A stretch of 64,000 bases of DNA, taken from positions 1,329-65,328 of the forward strand of contig JBEKGS010000009.1 of NCBI GenBank assembly GCA_050012675.1. The letters are read 5' to 3'. Of the stretch, positions 11,361 to 20,987 are shown one piece after another; positions within the stretch are counted from its first letter, which is position 1, and each line of letters begins with the position of its first letter. The notes beneath the pieces are model-generated. The model had not been told where the DNA came from, did not search any database, and saw nothing but the letters and a program-made list of their open reading frames with translations. The position numbers and the translations under genes are program-made. Source of the stretch: Acidimicrobiales bacterium (GTDB taxonomy: Bacteria > Actinomycetota > Acidimicrobiia > Acidimicrobiales > Bog-793).

Positions 11361-12323
11361 ATGGAATCCTTGTTCAAGACCCCCGGAACGGCCGTGGTCG
11401 CGATCGGTGGCAACTCGCTCATAAAAGACAAGCTGCACCAGACAGTGGCGGACCAGTACATCGCCGCCCAGGAGACTTGCCGCCACATCGTGGCCATGAT
11501 CCAGGAGGGCTGGAACGTCGCCATCAGCCACGGGAACGGCCCACAGGTGGGGTTCATCCTGCGCCGCTCGGAGCTGGCGGCCCATGAGATGCACGAGGTC
11601 CCCCTGGACGTCTGCGGTGCCGACAGCCAAGGCGCCATCGGCTACGCCCTGCAGCAGAACCTCTGCAACGAGTTCCGCCGGCTCGGTGTCAACCGAGAGG
11701 CTGCGACTGTCATCTGCCAGACGGAGGTGGCCGCTGACGACCCCGCGTTCAAGAACCCGACAAAGCCCATCGGCGGGTTCATGGACGAGGAGCAGGCCGA
11801 GCGACGCCGCAAGGAGGGCTGGGACATCGTCAACGACGCGAACAGGGGTTACCGGCGCGTCGTGGCGTCGCCCCAACCCCTTCGCATCGTCGAGCTTCCG
11901 GCCATCCGGGCCCTCATCGCAGCAGGGATCGTCGTGGTCACAGTCGGCGGGGGCGGCATCCCTGTGGTAGCGGACCCGGACGGCAACCTCAAAGGTGTCG
12001 CCGCCGTGATCGACAAGGACCTGGCGTCGGCCCTGTTGGCCAACAACCTTGGCGCCGACCTTCTCATCATCTCGACGGCGGTCGAGAAGGTGGCGCTCAA
12101 TTTCGGCAAGCCTGACGAGAAGCTGGTCGACCATCTCACCTTGGCCGAGGCAAAGGCACACCTGGCCGAGGGAGTGCACTTCGCGGCCGGCAGCATGGCA
12201 CCGAAGATCCAGGCAGTCGTCAACTACCTGTCCAACGGGGGCACGTCGGCGATCGTGACGAACCCGGAGAACGTCGCCCGCGCGCTGCACGGCGAGACAG
12301 GGACGTTGTTCACGCTGGACTGA
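11361..12323 (+). CDS. arcC: Carbamate kinase
   Basis: AIGGNSL, HGNGPQVG, PTKPIG, GGGGIP, VIDKD and GSMAPK motifs. Confidence 0.95.
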   Translation: MESLFKTPGTAVVAIGGNSLIKDKLHQTVADQYIAAQETCRHIVAMIQEGWNVAISHGNGPQVGFILRRSELAAHEMHEVPLDVCGADSQGAIGYALQQNLCNEFRRLGVNREAATVICQTEVAADDPAFKNPTKPIGGFMDEEQAERRRKEGWDIVNDANRGYRRVVASPQPLRIVELPAIRALIAAGIVVVTVGGGGIPVVADPDGNLKGVAAVIDKDLASALLANNLGADLLIISTAVEKVALNFGKPDEKLVDHLTLAEAKAHLAEGVHFAAGSMAPKIQAVVNYLSNGGTSAIVTNPENVARALHGETGTLFTLD

Positions 12324-12330
12324 CCCTTCG

Positions 12331-12368
12331 TGACGGAAGGCCCCCAAAAAGGGGGCCTTCCGTCATTT
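12331..12368 (+). terminator. Strong hairpin (15-bp perfect stem) after arcC
   Basis: TGACGGAAGGCCCCC-AAAAA-GGGGGCCTTCCGTCA followed by TTT. Confidence 0.8.
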
Positions 12369-12474
12369 CGCATCGGGGCGGCGAAGCCTCAAGGTCGAGC
12401 CGGTAGTCTGGGAGCTGGGGCAACACCTCGGTCCGCGGGTACCGGGCACCTCGGTGACAGGGGGAGAACAGGTG

Positions 12475-15048
12475 ATGACGCAGTTCACGCTGAACGGCAA
12501 GCCGGTGGAAGTCGGCGACCATCCCCACCTTCTTGCTGCCCTCCGCGAGGAGCTCGCAGTGACCTCCGCCAAGGACGGCTGCTCTCCCTCCGGCCAGTGC
12601 GGCTGCTGCACGGTGCTGATCGACGGCAAGGCCTCCGTGAGCTGCCTGATATCGCTCGACAAGGCCGCCGGGAAGTCGATCACGACCCTGGAAGGCTTCG
12701 ACGACGCCGAACGCGAGCGCTTCGCCGACGCTTTTGCCGCCGCCGGGGCGCTCCAGTGCGGCTTTTGCACGCCCGGCATCCTCGTGCGGGTAAAGGCGCT
12801 TATCGACAAGAAGGGCTCGGCGCTCACCCGTGAGGAGGCGGGCCGCTTCCTCGGCGCCCACTTGTGCCGCTGCACCGGCTACACCAAGATCCTCGACGCC
12901 GTGGAGCTACTGGCCCGCGGCGAGTCACCGCAAGCGGTCCTGCCGGGAGGCATCGGATCCCGCGGAGCCAGGTACCAGGGCAGGGACCTCGCGCTCGGCG
13001 ATCGCGGCTACGTCGACGACCTGAGGGTACCCGGCATGCTGCACGGGGCGCTGCGGCTGGCGGACCACGCCAGGGCCGACGTGGTCAGAATCGACGCCGA
13101 GGCCGCGCGTGCCTTACCAGGCGTCGAGGCTGTGTTCACCGCGGCAGACCTGCCCGGCGACCTGCGGGTCGGCATCATCCACACCGACTGGCCGGTCTTC
13201 ATCCCCGAAGGCGGCCGCACCTCGTATCTCGGTGACGTGCTCGCCATGGTCGTGGCGGATACCAGGCAGACCGCCAGGGAGGCGGCCAAGCTCGTCCAGG
13301 TCTCCTACCAGCCGCTGCGCCCGCTCACCGACGCGGTCGCGGCGATCGAGGACCCGGAGAACGCCGTCTGGGAGCTCGACGGCAACGTGCTCTCGCGCTC
13401 GGTGTACCGACGCGGCGACGTGGAGGCTGCACTTGCGGCTTCCGCGCACACGGTTCACGAGGTCTTCCAGACCCAGCGTGTCGAGCACGCCTTCCTCGAA
13501 CCCGAGTCGACCCTGGCCGTGCCTTCGGCCGATGGCACCTTGAAGGTGTTCTCGGGTGGCCAGGGCGTCTGGGACGACCGTAACCAGATCGCCGCCGTTC
13601 TCGGGATAGCACCGGAGAAGGTAGTCGTCGAGCTGGTCTCCAATGGCGGAGCTTTCGGCGGCAAGGAGGACATGTCCAACCAGGGCCAGACCGCCATGGC
13701 CGCCTGGCTCTTGCAGCGGCCCGTGAAGTGCACCCTGTCGCGCGAGGAGTCGTTCCTGGTCCATCCCAAGCGCCATCCCATCCGCATGGAGTACTGGGTC
13801 GGGTGTGATGACGACGGGATGCTCACTGCTTTGAAGGCGCGGATGATAGGCGACTCCGGGCCGTACGCGTCGGTGGGCATGAAGGTGCTGGAGCGGGCCG
13901 CTGGGCACGCGTCGGGGCCGTACAGGCTTCCGGTCATCGACGTCGAGGCCATTGCCGTGCGGACCAACAACTCGGTCTGCGGCGCCTTCCGCGGGTTCGG
14001 AGCCAACCAGGCCCAGTTCGCCATGGAGGGCGCGATCGACCGCCTCGCGGCTCTAGTCGGGCTCAATGCCTGGGACATGCGTTTCCGCAACGCCGTGACA
14101 CCGGGTGTGGTCTGGGGCCCGGGCCAGGTCATGGACGACGGGTCGCTCGGGGCGCGGGCCTGCCTGGAGGCCGTCAAGCCCTTCTACGAACAGGCTGTGG
14201 CAGATGGCAAAGCGGTGGGGCTCGGCTTCGGGCTCAAGAACTCGGGGCTCGGCAACGGTCTGCTCGAGATCATCAAGGCGGTCGTCCGCTTCAACGAGGA
14301 CGGCGACGTGGAGCTCCGCCACTGCTGGACAGAGATGGGCCAAGGTGTCCACACGGTCGCGCTGCAGGTTGCCGTCGAGGAGCTCGGCGTCGATCCGGAC
14401 AAGGTCCGTGTCGTCGTCGACACGACCCGGGAGCTCGGGGCCGGTCAGACGACCGGTTCTCGAGGCACGGTGATGGGGGCGGGCGCCGTCGCCGACGCCT
14501 GCCGGCGCGCCATCGCGGACGGGTGCCGCGCCGGTGTGGACTACGAGGGCGAGTACCGCGTCGACTGGACGAACTCCTTGGACGAGGGCCTCGAGAACCC
14601 GGTGATCCACTCGGTGTTCTCCTACGCCGCCCAGCTCGTGGTCATCGACCGCGAAACAGGAGGCATCGACAAGGTGGTCGCCGTCCACGACGTGGGACGG
14701 GCTGTCAATCCCCTCTTGTGCGAAGGCCAGGTCCAAGGGTCCGTGCACATGGGTCTCGGTTACGCTCTGTCGGAGGAATTCCCCTGTGACGAGGAGGGGC
14801 GGCCAAAGAACATGACGCTTCGCAGCCTCGGGATCATCCGACCGAAGGACGTGCCGCCGATCGAGGTCGTCCTCGTGGAGGCGCCCCAGCCGAGATCCCC
14901 CTACGGGATCAAAGGGGTGGGGGAGATCGGCCTCGTACCCACTGCCGGAGCGGTCGCCGCTGCCCTGCACGACCTCGACGGTCTCTGGCGTTCGACACTG
15001 CCCATGCACCTGCCCGTGGGCGCGGCGGCCAGCGCCGGGGAAGACTGA
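12475..15048 (+). CDS. Single-chain xanthine dehydrogenase-family molybdoenzyme (two 2Fe-2S + Moco, no FAD domain), selenium-dependent Xdh type
   Basis: KDGCSPSGQCGCC, QCGFCTPG, CRCTGY, GGAFGGKE, AFRGFG and KGVGEIG; RBS GGGGAG at 12461-12466. Confidence 0.85.
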   Translation: MTQFTLNGKPVEVGDHPHLLAALREELAVTSAKDGCSPSGQCGCCTVLIDGKASVSCLISLDKAAGKSITTLEGFDDAERERFADAFAAAGALQCGFCTPGILVRVKALIDKKGSALTREEAGRFLGAHLCRCTGYTKILDAVELLARGESPQAVLPGGIGSRGARYQGRDLALGDRGYVDDLRVPGMLHGALRLADHARADVVRIDAEAARALPGVEAVFTAADLPGDLRVGIIHTDWPVFIPEGGRTSYLGDVLAMVVADTRQTAREAAKLVQVSYQPLRPLTDAVAAIEDPENAVWELDGNVLSRSVYRRGDVEAALAASAHTVHEVFQTQRVEHAFLEPESTLAVPSADGTLKVFSGGQGVWDDRNQIAAVLGIAPEKVVVELVSNGGAFGGKEDMSNQGQTAMAAWLLQRPVKCTLSREESFLVHPKRHPIRMEYWVGCDDDGMLTALKARMIGDSGPYASVGMKVLERAAGHASGPYRLPVIDVEAIAVRTNNSVCGAFRGFGANQAQFAMEGAIDRLAALVGLNAWDMRFRNAVTPGVVWGPGQVMDDGSLGARACLEAVKPFYEQAVADGKAVGLGFGLKNSGLGNGLLEIIKAVVRFNEDGDVELRHCWTEMGQGVHTVALQVAVEELGVDPDKVRVVVDTTRELGAGQTTGSRGTVMGAGAVADACRRAIADGCRAGVDYEGEYRVDWTNSLDEGLENPVIHSVFSYAAQLVVIDRETGGIDKVVAVHDVGRAVNPLLCEGQVQGSVHMGLGYALSEEFPCDEEGRPKNMTLRSLGIIRPKDVPPIEVVLVEAPQPRSPYGIKGVGEIGLVPTAGAVAAALHDLDGLWRSTLPMHLPVGAAASAGED

Positions 15049-15056
15049 GCCTTTCC

Positions 15057-16100
15057 ATGCCGGCCCGTGGCGACGACCTCTCCGAGCCGGGAGTGACGAG
15101 GGGACTGGTCTGCGGGCACCACCACCTCTACTCGGCGTTGGCCCGCGGGATGCCCGCGCCGCCGCGCACGGCCCATAACTTCCAGGAGATCCTCGAGCTC
15201 GTGTGGTGGCGGCTCGACTGCGCCCTGGACCTCGAGATGGTCAGGTGGTCGGCCATGCTCGGGGCGCTGGAGGCCCTGGAGCGGGGCACAACGGCGATTG
15301 TCGACCACCACGCGTCCCCTAATGCCATCGAGGGCTCATTGAGCGTCATAGCGGACGCATGTGCCGAGGTCGGAGTCCGAGCCCTCTGCTGTTACGAGGT
15401 CACGGACCGCCACGGACCCGAAGGCATGCGCGCCGGGCTGGCGGAGAACGAGCGGTTCCTCCGTGAGGGAGGCTGTGGCTTCGTCGGCGCTCATGCCTGC
15501 TTCACGCTCTGCGACGCCAGCCTGGAGGCCGTGGCGGGGCTGGCCGCAGACCTCGGCCGAGGTGTGCACATCCACGTGGCTGAGGACCGGGTGGACTCGG
15601 CCGCGGGCGAACGCCTCGAGGCTGTGGCCGCCGACAACTGGCTTTTGGCCCACTGCGTGCACCTGGACAGGCCGCTTCGCGGGACGGTGGCCCACAATCC
15701 CCGCTCGAACATGAACAACAGCGTCGGCTACGCCCGCCCCGCCCGGTTTTCGAACACGGTCGTGCTCGGTACCGACGGGATCGGCGGCGACATGCTGGAG
15801 GAGTTCCGCATCGCTTACGTCCGCCACAGGGAGGACGACGTGACAGCGACGCCGGAGACGGCCTGGTCGTGGCTCGATGCCGGCAACACCCTCGTTCCAG
15901 AGGTGGCCGAGGACCGGGTGCGGTGGAGCTACGAGCCGATCGACCCGTGGCACCTCGCCTTCACGCCGGGCGTGGCACCCCTCGAAATCACCGTTGCCGG
16001 CGAGGTCGTGTTCAAGGACGGCCTTTCCACCCGGGTTGACGCCCGCGAAGTGCGCGCCCGGGCACGCGAGCAGGCGCAGCGGCTCTGGGCGCGGCTCTAA
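15057..16100 (+). CDS. SsnA-like amidohydrolase
   Basis: HHHLYSALARG, WWRLD, DHHASP, GAHA, HVAE and NPRSNMNN; shorter than typical SsnA at the N-terminus. Confidence 0.8.
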   Translation: MPARGDDLSEPGVTRGLVCGHHHLYSALARGMPAPPRTAHNFQEILELVWWRLDCALDLEMVRWSAMLGALEALERGTTAIVDHHASPNAIEGSLSVIADACAEVGVRALCCYEVTDRHGPEGMRAGLAENERFLREGGCGFVGAHACFTLCDASLEAVAGLAADLGRGVHIHVAEDRVDSAAGERLEAVAADNWLLAHCVHLDRPLRGTVAHNPRSNMNNSVGYARPARFSNTVVLGTDGIGGDMLEEFRIAYVRHREDDVTATPETAWSWLDAGNTLVPEVAEDRVRWSYEPIDPWHLAFTPGVAPLEITVAGEVVFKDGLSTRVDAREVRARAREQAQRLWARL

Positions 16101-16230
16101 CGAGGGGCTTGGCCGACGCGCCGGGCCCGCAGTCAGCTCGGCACCATTGAGGGCGTTCTCGTACGGGCTCGAGGTACGAGCAGCCTCGCGGGGACGTCTG
16201 CGCCGCAGCTAGGGCCTGGCGAAAGTGAGC

Positions 16231-17235
16231 TCAGGCGGTCCAGTCGGCGAAGGCGTCGATCATTGCGCGCACGTCCGCCCCGAGCGGGTAGAGGATCGGG
16301 CAGGTGCAACCCCGGTGCACGTACTCGGCGACTTTCGCCTTGCACTCGTCCGCGGTTCCCGACGCCGTGATCATCTGCACGATGTCGTCAGGCACGAGCT
16401 TGGAGGCCGCCTCCACCTCCTCGGCCGTCGCGGGCCAGGTGAGTATCTTGGCGATGTCTTCCAACAAGGACTCTGGGACGCCTGACGCCTTCATGATGTG
16501 GGGCTGCTGGCCGAGGTACTGGGTCACGAGCAGCCGGGCCGCATCGAGGGCAGCACCGCGGTCCTCATCCAGCGAGCACACGACCAGCTGGGGACGGTCG
16601 AGATCGGTTGCAGAACGTCCGGCCCGCTGGGCGCCCCGTTCGAGGTGATCCATCGCCGTGTCGTTGTAAGCGGGGGAGACGAGGTAGTTGAGGACGACTC
16701 CGTCGGCGATCTGGCCCGCGAGCTCCATCATCTGCATCCCGGTCGCCCCGATGTAGATGGGCACGTCCTTCGGCCTGCGCTCCTGGTGCACGTAGTCAAG
16801 CTCGACACCGTCGAGATGGACGAACTCGCCGTCGTAGGTGACGGTCTCATCCGCAAGCAGCGCCCGCACCGCCTCGACGGTCTCACGCATGGCCACGAGT
16901 GGCCGCACGCGCTTTATGCCCACCTTGCTCGCGAGCGGGTCCCACCAGGCGCCGATACCGAGGATGACCCTGCCGGGGGCGAGGTCGTCCAAGGTCGAGA
17001 ACGTCGAGGCCAACAGTGCCGGGTTGCGCGTCCAGTTGTTAACGACACCGGAGCCCACCTTGATGCGCTCGGTGACGGCGAGGAACGACGCCATGGGCAC
17101 CGTCGCCTCCCGCACCAGCCGGCTCTCTGCCTGCCATATGGCATGGAAGCCCCTGGACTCTGCGTAACGGGCTATCTCCATGCCCTCCCGGATGGTGTGG
17201 GCGTCCTGCAAGTAGACGGCGACCTCGGTGCTCAT
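16231..17235 (-). CDS. LLM-class (luciferase-like) flavin/F420-dependent oxidoreductase
   Basis: [15 protein letters not shown] and PIYIGATG; Mer-like; start overlaps the stop of the Mo subunit (ATGA). Confidence 0.85.
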   Translation of the reverse strand: MSTEVAVYLQDAHTIREGMEIARYAESRGFHAIWQAESRLVREATVPMASFLAVTERIKVGSGVVNNWTRNPALLASTFSTLDDLAPGRVILGIGAWWDPLASKVGIKRVRPLVAMRETVEAVRALLADETVTYDGEFVHLDGVELDYVHQERRPKDVPIYIGATGMQMMELAGQIADGVVLNYLVSPAYNDTAMDHLERGAQRAGRSATDLDRPQLVVCSLDEDRGAALDAARLLVTQYLGQQPHIMKASGVPESLLEDIAKILTWPATAEEVEAASKLVPDDIVQMITASGTADECKAKVAEYVHRGCTCPILYPLGADVRAMIDAFADWTA

Positions 17236-19550
17236 GGCAGTACCTCCGCTATGTCGTGTCTGGACAGTCGTTCGACACCCGCCGGGCCAGCCAGGGCGAT
17301 GTCTTGAGGGCGGACCGGGGCCCGGTTGAGATCAAGGCCGGTGGCTGCCCGAATGGCGGCGACGATGGCGGATGCCGAGGATACCAAAGGCGGTTCGCCG
17401 GCTCCCTTGGCGCCCATGGGAGAGCCCGGCTCGGGCTGCTCGATGAAGGCTGCGATGTGAACCGGCGGCATGTCGAGAGCCGTCGGGATGACATAGTCGG
17501 TGAAGGAGGGATTGCGGACCCGGCCGTTGTCGACCACTACCTCCTCCATCAACGCGAGCCCGACGCCTTGGGCGATGCCACCTTCGAGCTGGCCCACGAG
17601 CTGGACCGGGTTCAGCACGCGCCCGACGTCCTGGGATGTGGTGATCTCGAGGACGCGCACGAGGCCGAGATCGAGGTCGACGTCGACCACGGCCCGATGG
17701 GCGGCGAAGGCGAACGAGACGTTGGAGTCTCCCTGACCGTTCTCGTCCAGCTCGAAGGTAGGAGCATGTCTGTAGGTCACCGTCTCTTCGAGAACCTCGC
17801 CCGGGGTTGCAGCTGCGATGGGGAGGTCGATCTCCCCGCCGAGAGACACGACCCTGCCATCGATGATCTCGAGGGCCTCTTTGGCGACGCCGTGTCTGGC
17901 CGAGACCGATTCAAAGAGCCGCTCCCTAACGGCCAGACACGCCGACTGCACCGCCCCGCCTGACATCCACGTCTGGCGGCTGGCCGACGTCGAGCCTGCG
18001 GAGGCGATGCCGACCGTGACCGCGGGCGCCAAGATGACGTCGGTGACGCCGAGCACGTCGCGAGTGATCTGCTGGGCGAGGGTCACGAACCCCTGGCCGA
18101 CCTCGACGGCGGCAGAAGTGATCGTGGCCACCCCGTCTTCCAGCCGGCAGCGGGCTTCGGAGTAGTCGTCATAGCCGCCCGAGAACATGAGGTTCTTGAT
18201 TCCGACCGCGAACCCGACGCCCCGGCGCACACGGCTGCGCTCGGCGGTTCGTCCGGTGCCCCCGGGGAGCAGCAGATCGGACAACGTGGCAGGCGCGTCG
18301 GCGCGAAGCGGAGCTCCGGCGCAGGTGGTTATGACCTCGGCGACCGGTGTCGGGCCATTCAGCACCTGGCCGGTTATGAGCTTGTCGCCCTGTCTGAGGG
18401 CGTTCTTCAGGCGCAACTCGATCGGGTCAAGGCCGAGCGCTGCAGCCAGCTTGTCCATCTGGGCTTCGTAGGCAAAGTTGGCCTGGGTGGCACCGAAGCC
18501 CCTCATCGCTCCGCATGGTGGGTTGTTCGTCCTCACCGAGACCGCCTCGACGAGAGCGTTCGGGACCCGGTAGGGCCCCGGGGCGAAGCAGGCCGCGTTC
18601 ACTGTCACCGCCAATGAGGACGACTGGTAGGCGCCTCCGTCCAAGACGATGTGCGCCTCGACTTTCACGAGCCGCCCGTCGGTGTCGGCGTGGTGCCGGA
18701 ACCACATATAGGCGGGGTGCCTGTGCACGTGGCCGAGGAACGACTCCTCGCGGTCGTAGACGATTTTCACGGGGCGCTGGGTGCGTAGCGCCAGCAGGGA
18801 GAGCTGCACTTGCATGCTCAGGTCCTCACGCGCCCCGAACGCGCCCCCGACCCCGGCCAGGTGCACCCTGACCTTGTCGAGGGGCAGGTCCAGGCAGGCC
18901 GCCATCTGGTCCTGGTCGACGTGGAGCCACTGGGTGGCGACGTACAGGTCGATGCCTCCGTCCTCGGCGGGGATGGCGAGCCCGGACTCGGGCCCGAGCG
19001 GCGCCTGGTCCTGCATGCCAGTCTCGTAGTACCCCTCGATGACGACAGCACCCTTGGCGTCCCGGTCGCCGCAGCGGATCTTCTGGCGGTAAAGGACGTT
19101 GCCGAGCGGGTGGATCGGCTCGGCGTCGATGGCTCTCATCGGGTCGGTCAGCGGTTCGGTCGGCTCGTAGTCGACGACTATGGCCGCTGCCGCCCGCCGT
19201 GCCGTCTCAGGGTGGTCCGCGGCCACCGCGGCGATGGGCTCGCCCTGGTAGCGAACGACCTCCCAGGCGAATACGGGCTGGTCGGGGTAGTCGAGCCCGT
19301 AGGTCTTGCGCCCGGGGACGTCCTCACTTGTGAGCACAGCCTTGACGCCGGGGATCCGCAGGGCCGCGGACGTGTCGATCCCGCGGATGACCGCGGCGGG
19401 GTAGGGGGAGCGGAGGATATGACCCCAGAGCATTCCTTCTGCGAACAGGTCGGATGAGAAGGCGAACTGGCCGCGGACTTTCGGCACCCCGTCTGGCCGG
19501 GCCACGCTCTCGCCCAAAAGACCGCGGATTGCCGTAAGTGTCGTGCTCAT
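17232..19550 (-). CDS. Xanthine dehydrogenase molybdenum-binding subunit (PucD-like)
   Basis: [22 protein letters not shown] and KGAGEP motifs. Confidence 0.9.
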   Translation of the reverse strand: MSTTLTAIRGLLGESVARPDGVPKVRGQFAFSSDLFAEGMLWGHILRSPYPAAVIRGIDTSAALRIPGVKAVLTSEDVPGRKTYGLDYPDQPVFAWEVVRYQGEPIAAVAADHPETARRAAAAIVVDYEPTEPLTDPMRAIDAEPIHPLGNVLYRQKIRCGDRDAKGAVVIEGYYETGMQDQAPLGPESGLAIPAEDGGIDLYVATQWLHVDQDQMAACLDLPLDKVRVHLAGVGGAFGAREDLSMQVQLSLLALRTQRPVKIVYDREESFLGHVHRHPAYMWFRHHADTDGRLVKVEAHIVLDGGAYQSSSLAVTVNAACFAPGPYRVPNALVEAVSVRTNNPPCGAMRGFGATQANFAYEAQMDKLAAALGLDPIELRLKNALRQGDKLITGQVLNGPTPVAEVITTCAGAPLRADAPATLSDLLLPGGTGRTAERSRVRRGVGFAVGIKNLMFSGGYDDYSEARCRLEDGVATITSAAVEVGQGFVTLAQQITRDVLGVTDVILAPAVTVGIASAGSTSASRQTWMSGGAVQSACLAVRERLFESVSARHGVAKEALEIIDGRVVSLGGEIDLPIAAATPGEVLEETVTYRHAPTFELDENGQGDSNVSFAFAAHRAVVDVDLDLGLVRVLEITTSQDVGRVLNPVQLVGQLEGGIAQGVGLALMEEVVVDNGRVRNPSFTDYVIPTALDMPPVHIAAFIEQPEPGSPMGAKGAGEPPLVSSASAIVAAIRAATGLDLNRAPVRPQDIALAGPAGVERLSRHDIAEVLP

Positions 19551-20029
19551 GGCCGGCGCGCCTGTTGGACCGAGCGCACCGCCGCGAGGATGCGGCCATA
19601 ACCGGTGCAACGGCACAGGTTGCCCGAGACAGCCTCGCGTATCTCGAGGTCGGTCGGGTCAGGGTTGCGCGAGAGCAGGTCGTGCACGCTCACGATGAAC
19701 CCGGGCGTGCAGAAGCCGCACTGGACGCCACCTTCGGCAAGGAACGCCGCCTGGATGTCCGAAAGCCCGTCGTCTTTGGGGGAGAGCCCTTCGACCGTCA
19801 CGATGTCGCACCCGAGCGCGCTCGCGGCGAGCACCAGGCACGAGCAGACGAGCCTGCCGTCGACGAGAACCGTGCAGGAGCCGCATTCGCCCTGAATGCA
19901 GGCGTTCTTCGAGCCGGGCAGGCCGAGGCGCTCGCGCAGCACGTAAAGGAGGCTCTCGCCGAGCCAAGCATCCTGCACGTCGTGGACGACGCCGTTGACC
20001 TTCAGCTCGTAGTCGACGAGCTCGCTCAC
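19547..20029 (-). CDS. Xanthine dehydrogenase 2Fe-2S subunit (PucE/CoxS-like)
   Basis: CIQGECGSC, QCGFCTPG and CRCTGY; GTG start overlaps the previous stop. Confidence 0.92.
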   Translation of the reverse strand: MSELVDYELKVNGVVHDVQDAWLGESLLYVLRERLGLPGSKNACIQGECGSCTVLVDGRLVCSCLVLAASALGCDIVTVEGLSPKDDGLSDIQAAFLAEGGVQCGFCTPGFIVSVHDLLSRNPDPTDLEIREAVSGNLCRCTGYGRILAAVRSVQQARRP

Positions 20030-20901
20030 GACGCCCGCTCCGCTTTCACCAAAGCGTGGCCGGAGACAGCCCGTTCGAGAGCCCGGGCGGCGCAGATCCC
20101 CACGGCGTGGCGCCGGTAGTCGGCTGTGGAGCGGTGGTCGTCGATCGGCCGTGCAGCGGCCCGCACGAGTCTTGTGAACTCGGGGATCGCACCGGGATCG
20201 GCCAGCGTGCGCTCGGGCCAGTTGATCTCGGAGGCCATGAACTGTTCCGCCTCGGTCGCGCGGATGACGACGGGGCCGACCGAGCCGAGGGCGCACCGGA
20301 CCGAGCGGCCCTCCCAGTCGACAACGAGCGCGGTGCTCGCGACCGCGATGACCATGGCGTTGCGGGTGCCCACCTTCAAGAACTCCTGGGAGCCGAAACT
20401 GGCCGGGAGGCGGACCTCGACGATGATCTCTCCTGGCCGCAGGCTCGTGCGCTTCGGGCCGACGATTAGCTCGTCGAGCCGCAGGCTGCGGCGCTCGTGG
20501 CGCGATGCGACCACGATGGTGGCATCGAGGGCAGAAAGCACCGGCAAGGTGTCGCCGGCGGGGGACGCCGTTGCGATATTGCCTCCCAGGGTGCCGGCAT
20601 TGCGGATCTGCGGCGAACCGACCGTGCGGGCCGCCTGGGCGAGTCCAGGCAGGAGATCGCACAACGGGGGGGCTTCGATCTCGCTGTGGGTTATGCCGGC
20701 ACCGAGCACGACATCGGCCCCGTCCCGGCGCCATCCCCGGAGCTGGTCGACCTTGCGCAGACAGACCACTGCCGCAGGGCGCCGGTGGGCGTAGTTGACC
20801 TCGACCATGAAGTCAGTCCCGCCCGCCAGGAGTTGGGCGTCCGGGCACTGCTCGAAGGCGTCGAAAGCCTCCTCCAGGGAGACCGGCAGAAAAACCTGCA
20901 T
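20026..20901 (-). CDS. Xanthine dehydrogenase FAD-binding subunit (PucC/CoxM-like)
   Basis: AGGTD, QIRNAGTLGGN, ASPAGD and PIDDHRS motifs. Confidence 0.92.
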   Translation of the reverse strand: MQVFLPVSLEEAFDAFEQCPDAQLLAGGTDFMVEVNYAHRRPAAVVCLRKVDQLRGWRRDGADVVLGAGITHSEIEAPPLCDLLPGLAQAARTVGSPQIRNAGTLGGNIATASPAGDTLPVLSALDATIVVASRHERRSLRLDELIVGPKRTSLRPGEIIVEVRLPASFGSQEFLKVGTRNAMVIAVASTALVVDWEGRSVRCALGSVGPVVIRATEAEQFMASEINWPERTLADPGAIPEFTRLVRAAARPIDDHRSTADYRRHAVGICAARALERAVSGHALVKAERAS

Positions 20902-20987
20902 AATTTCAGCCTATAGTCGCCGATCGCGGGCAGCGACCCGACGGCTCCGCCTCGGTGAGGTGTTCGTCGGGGCGGCGTTCTGCTCGG

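Noticed and set aside
12475-15048. Selenocysteine recoding in the selenium-type Xdh
   Set aside because: The frame is open with no internal TGA; this family uses a labile selenium cofactor
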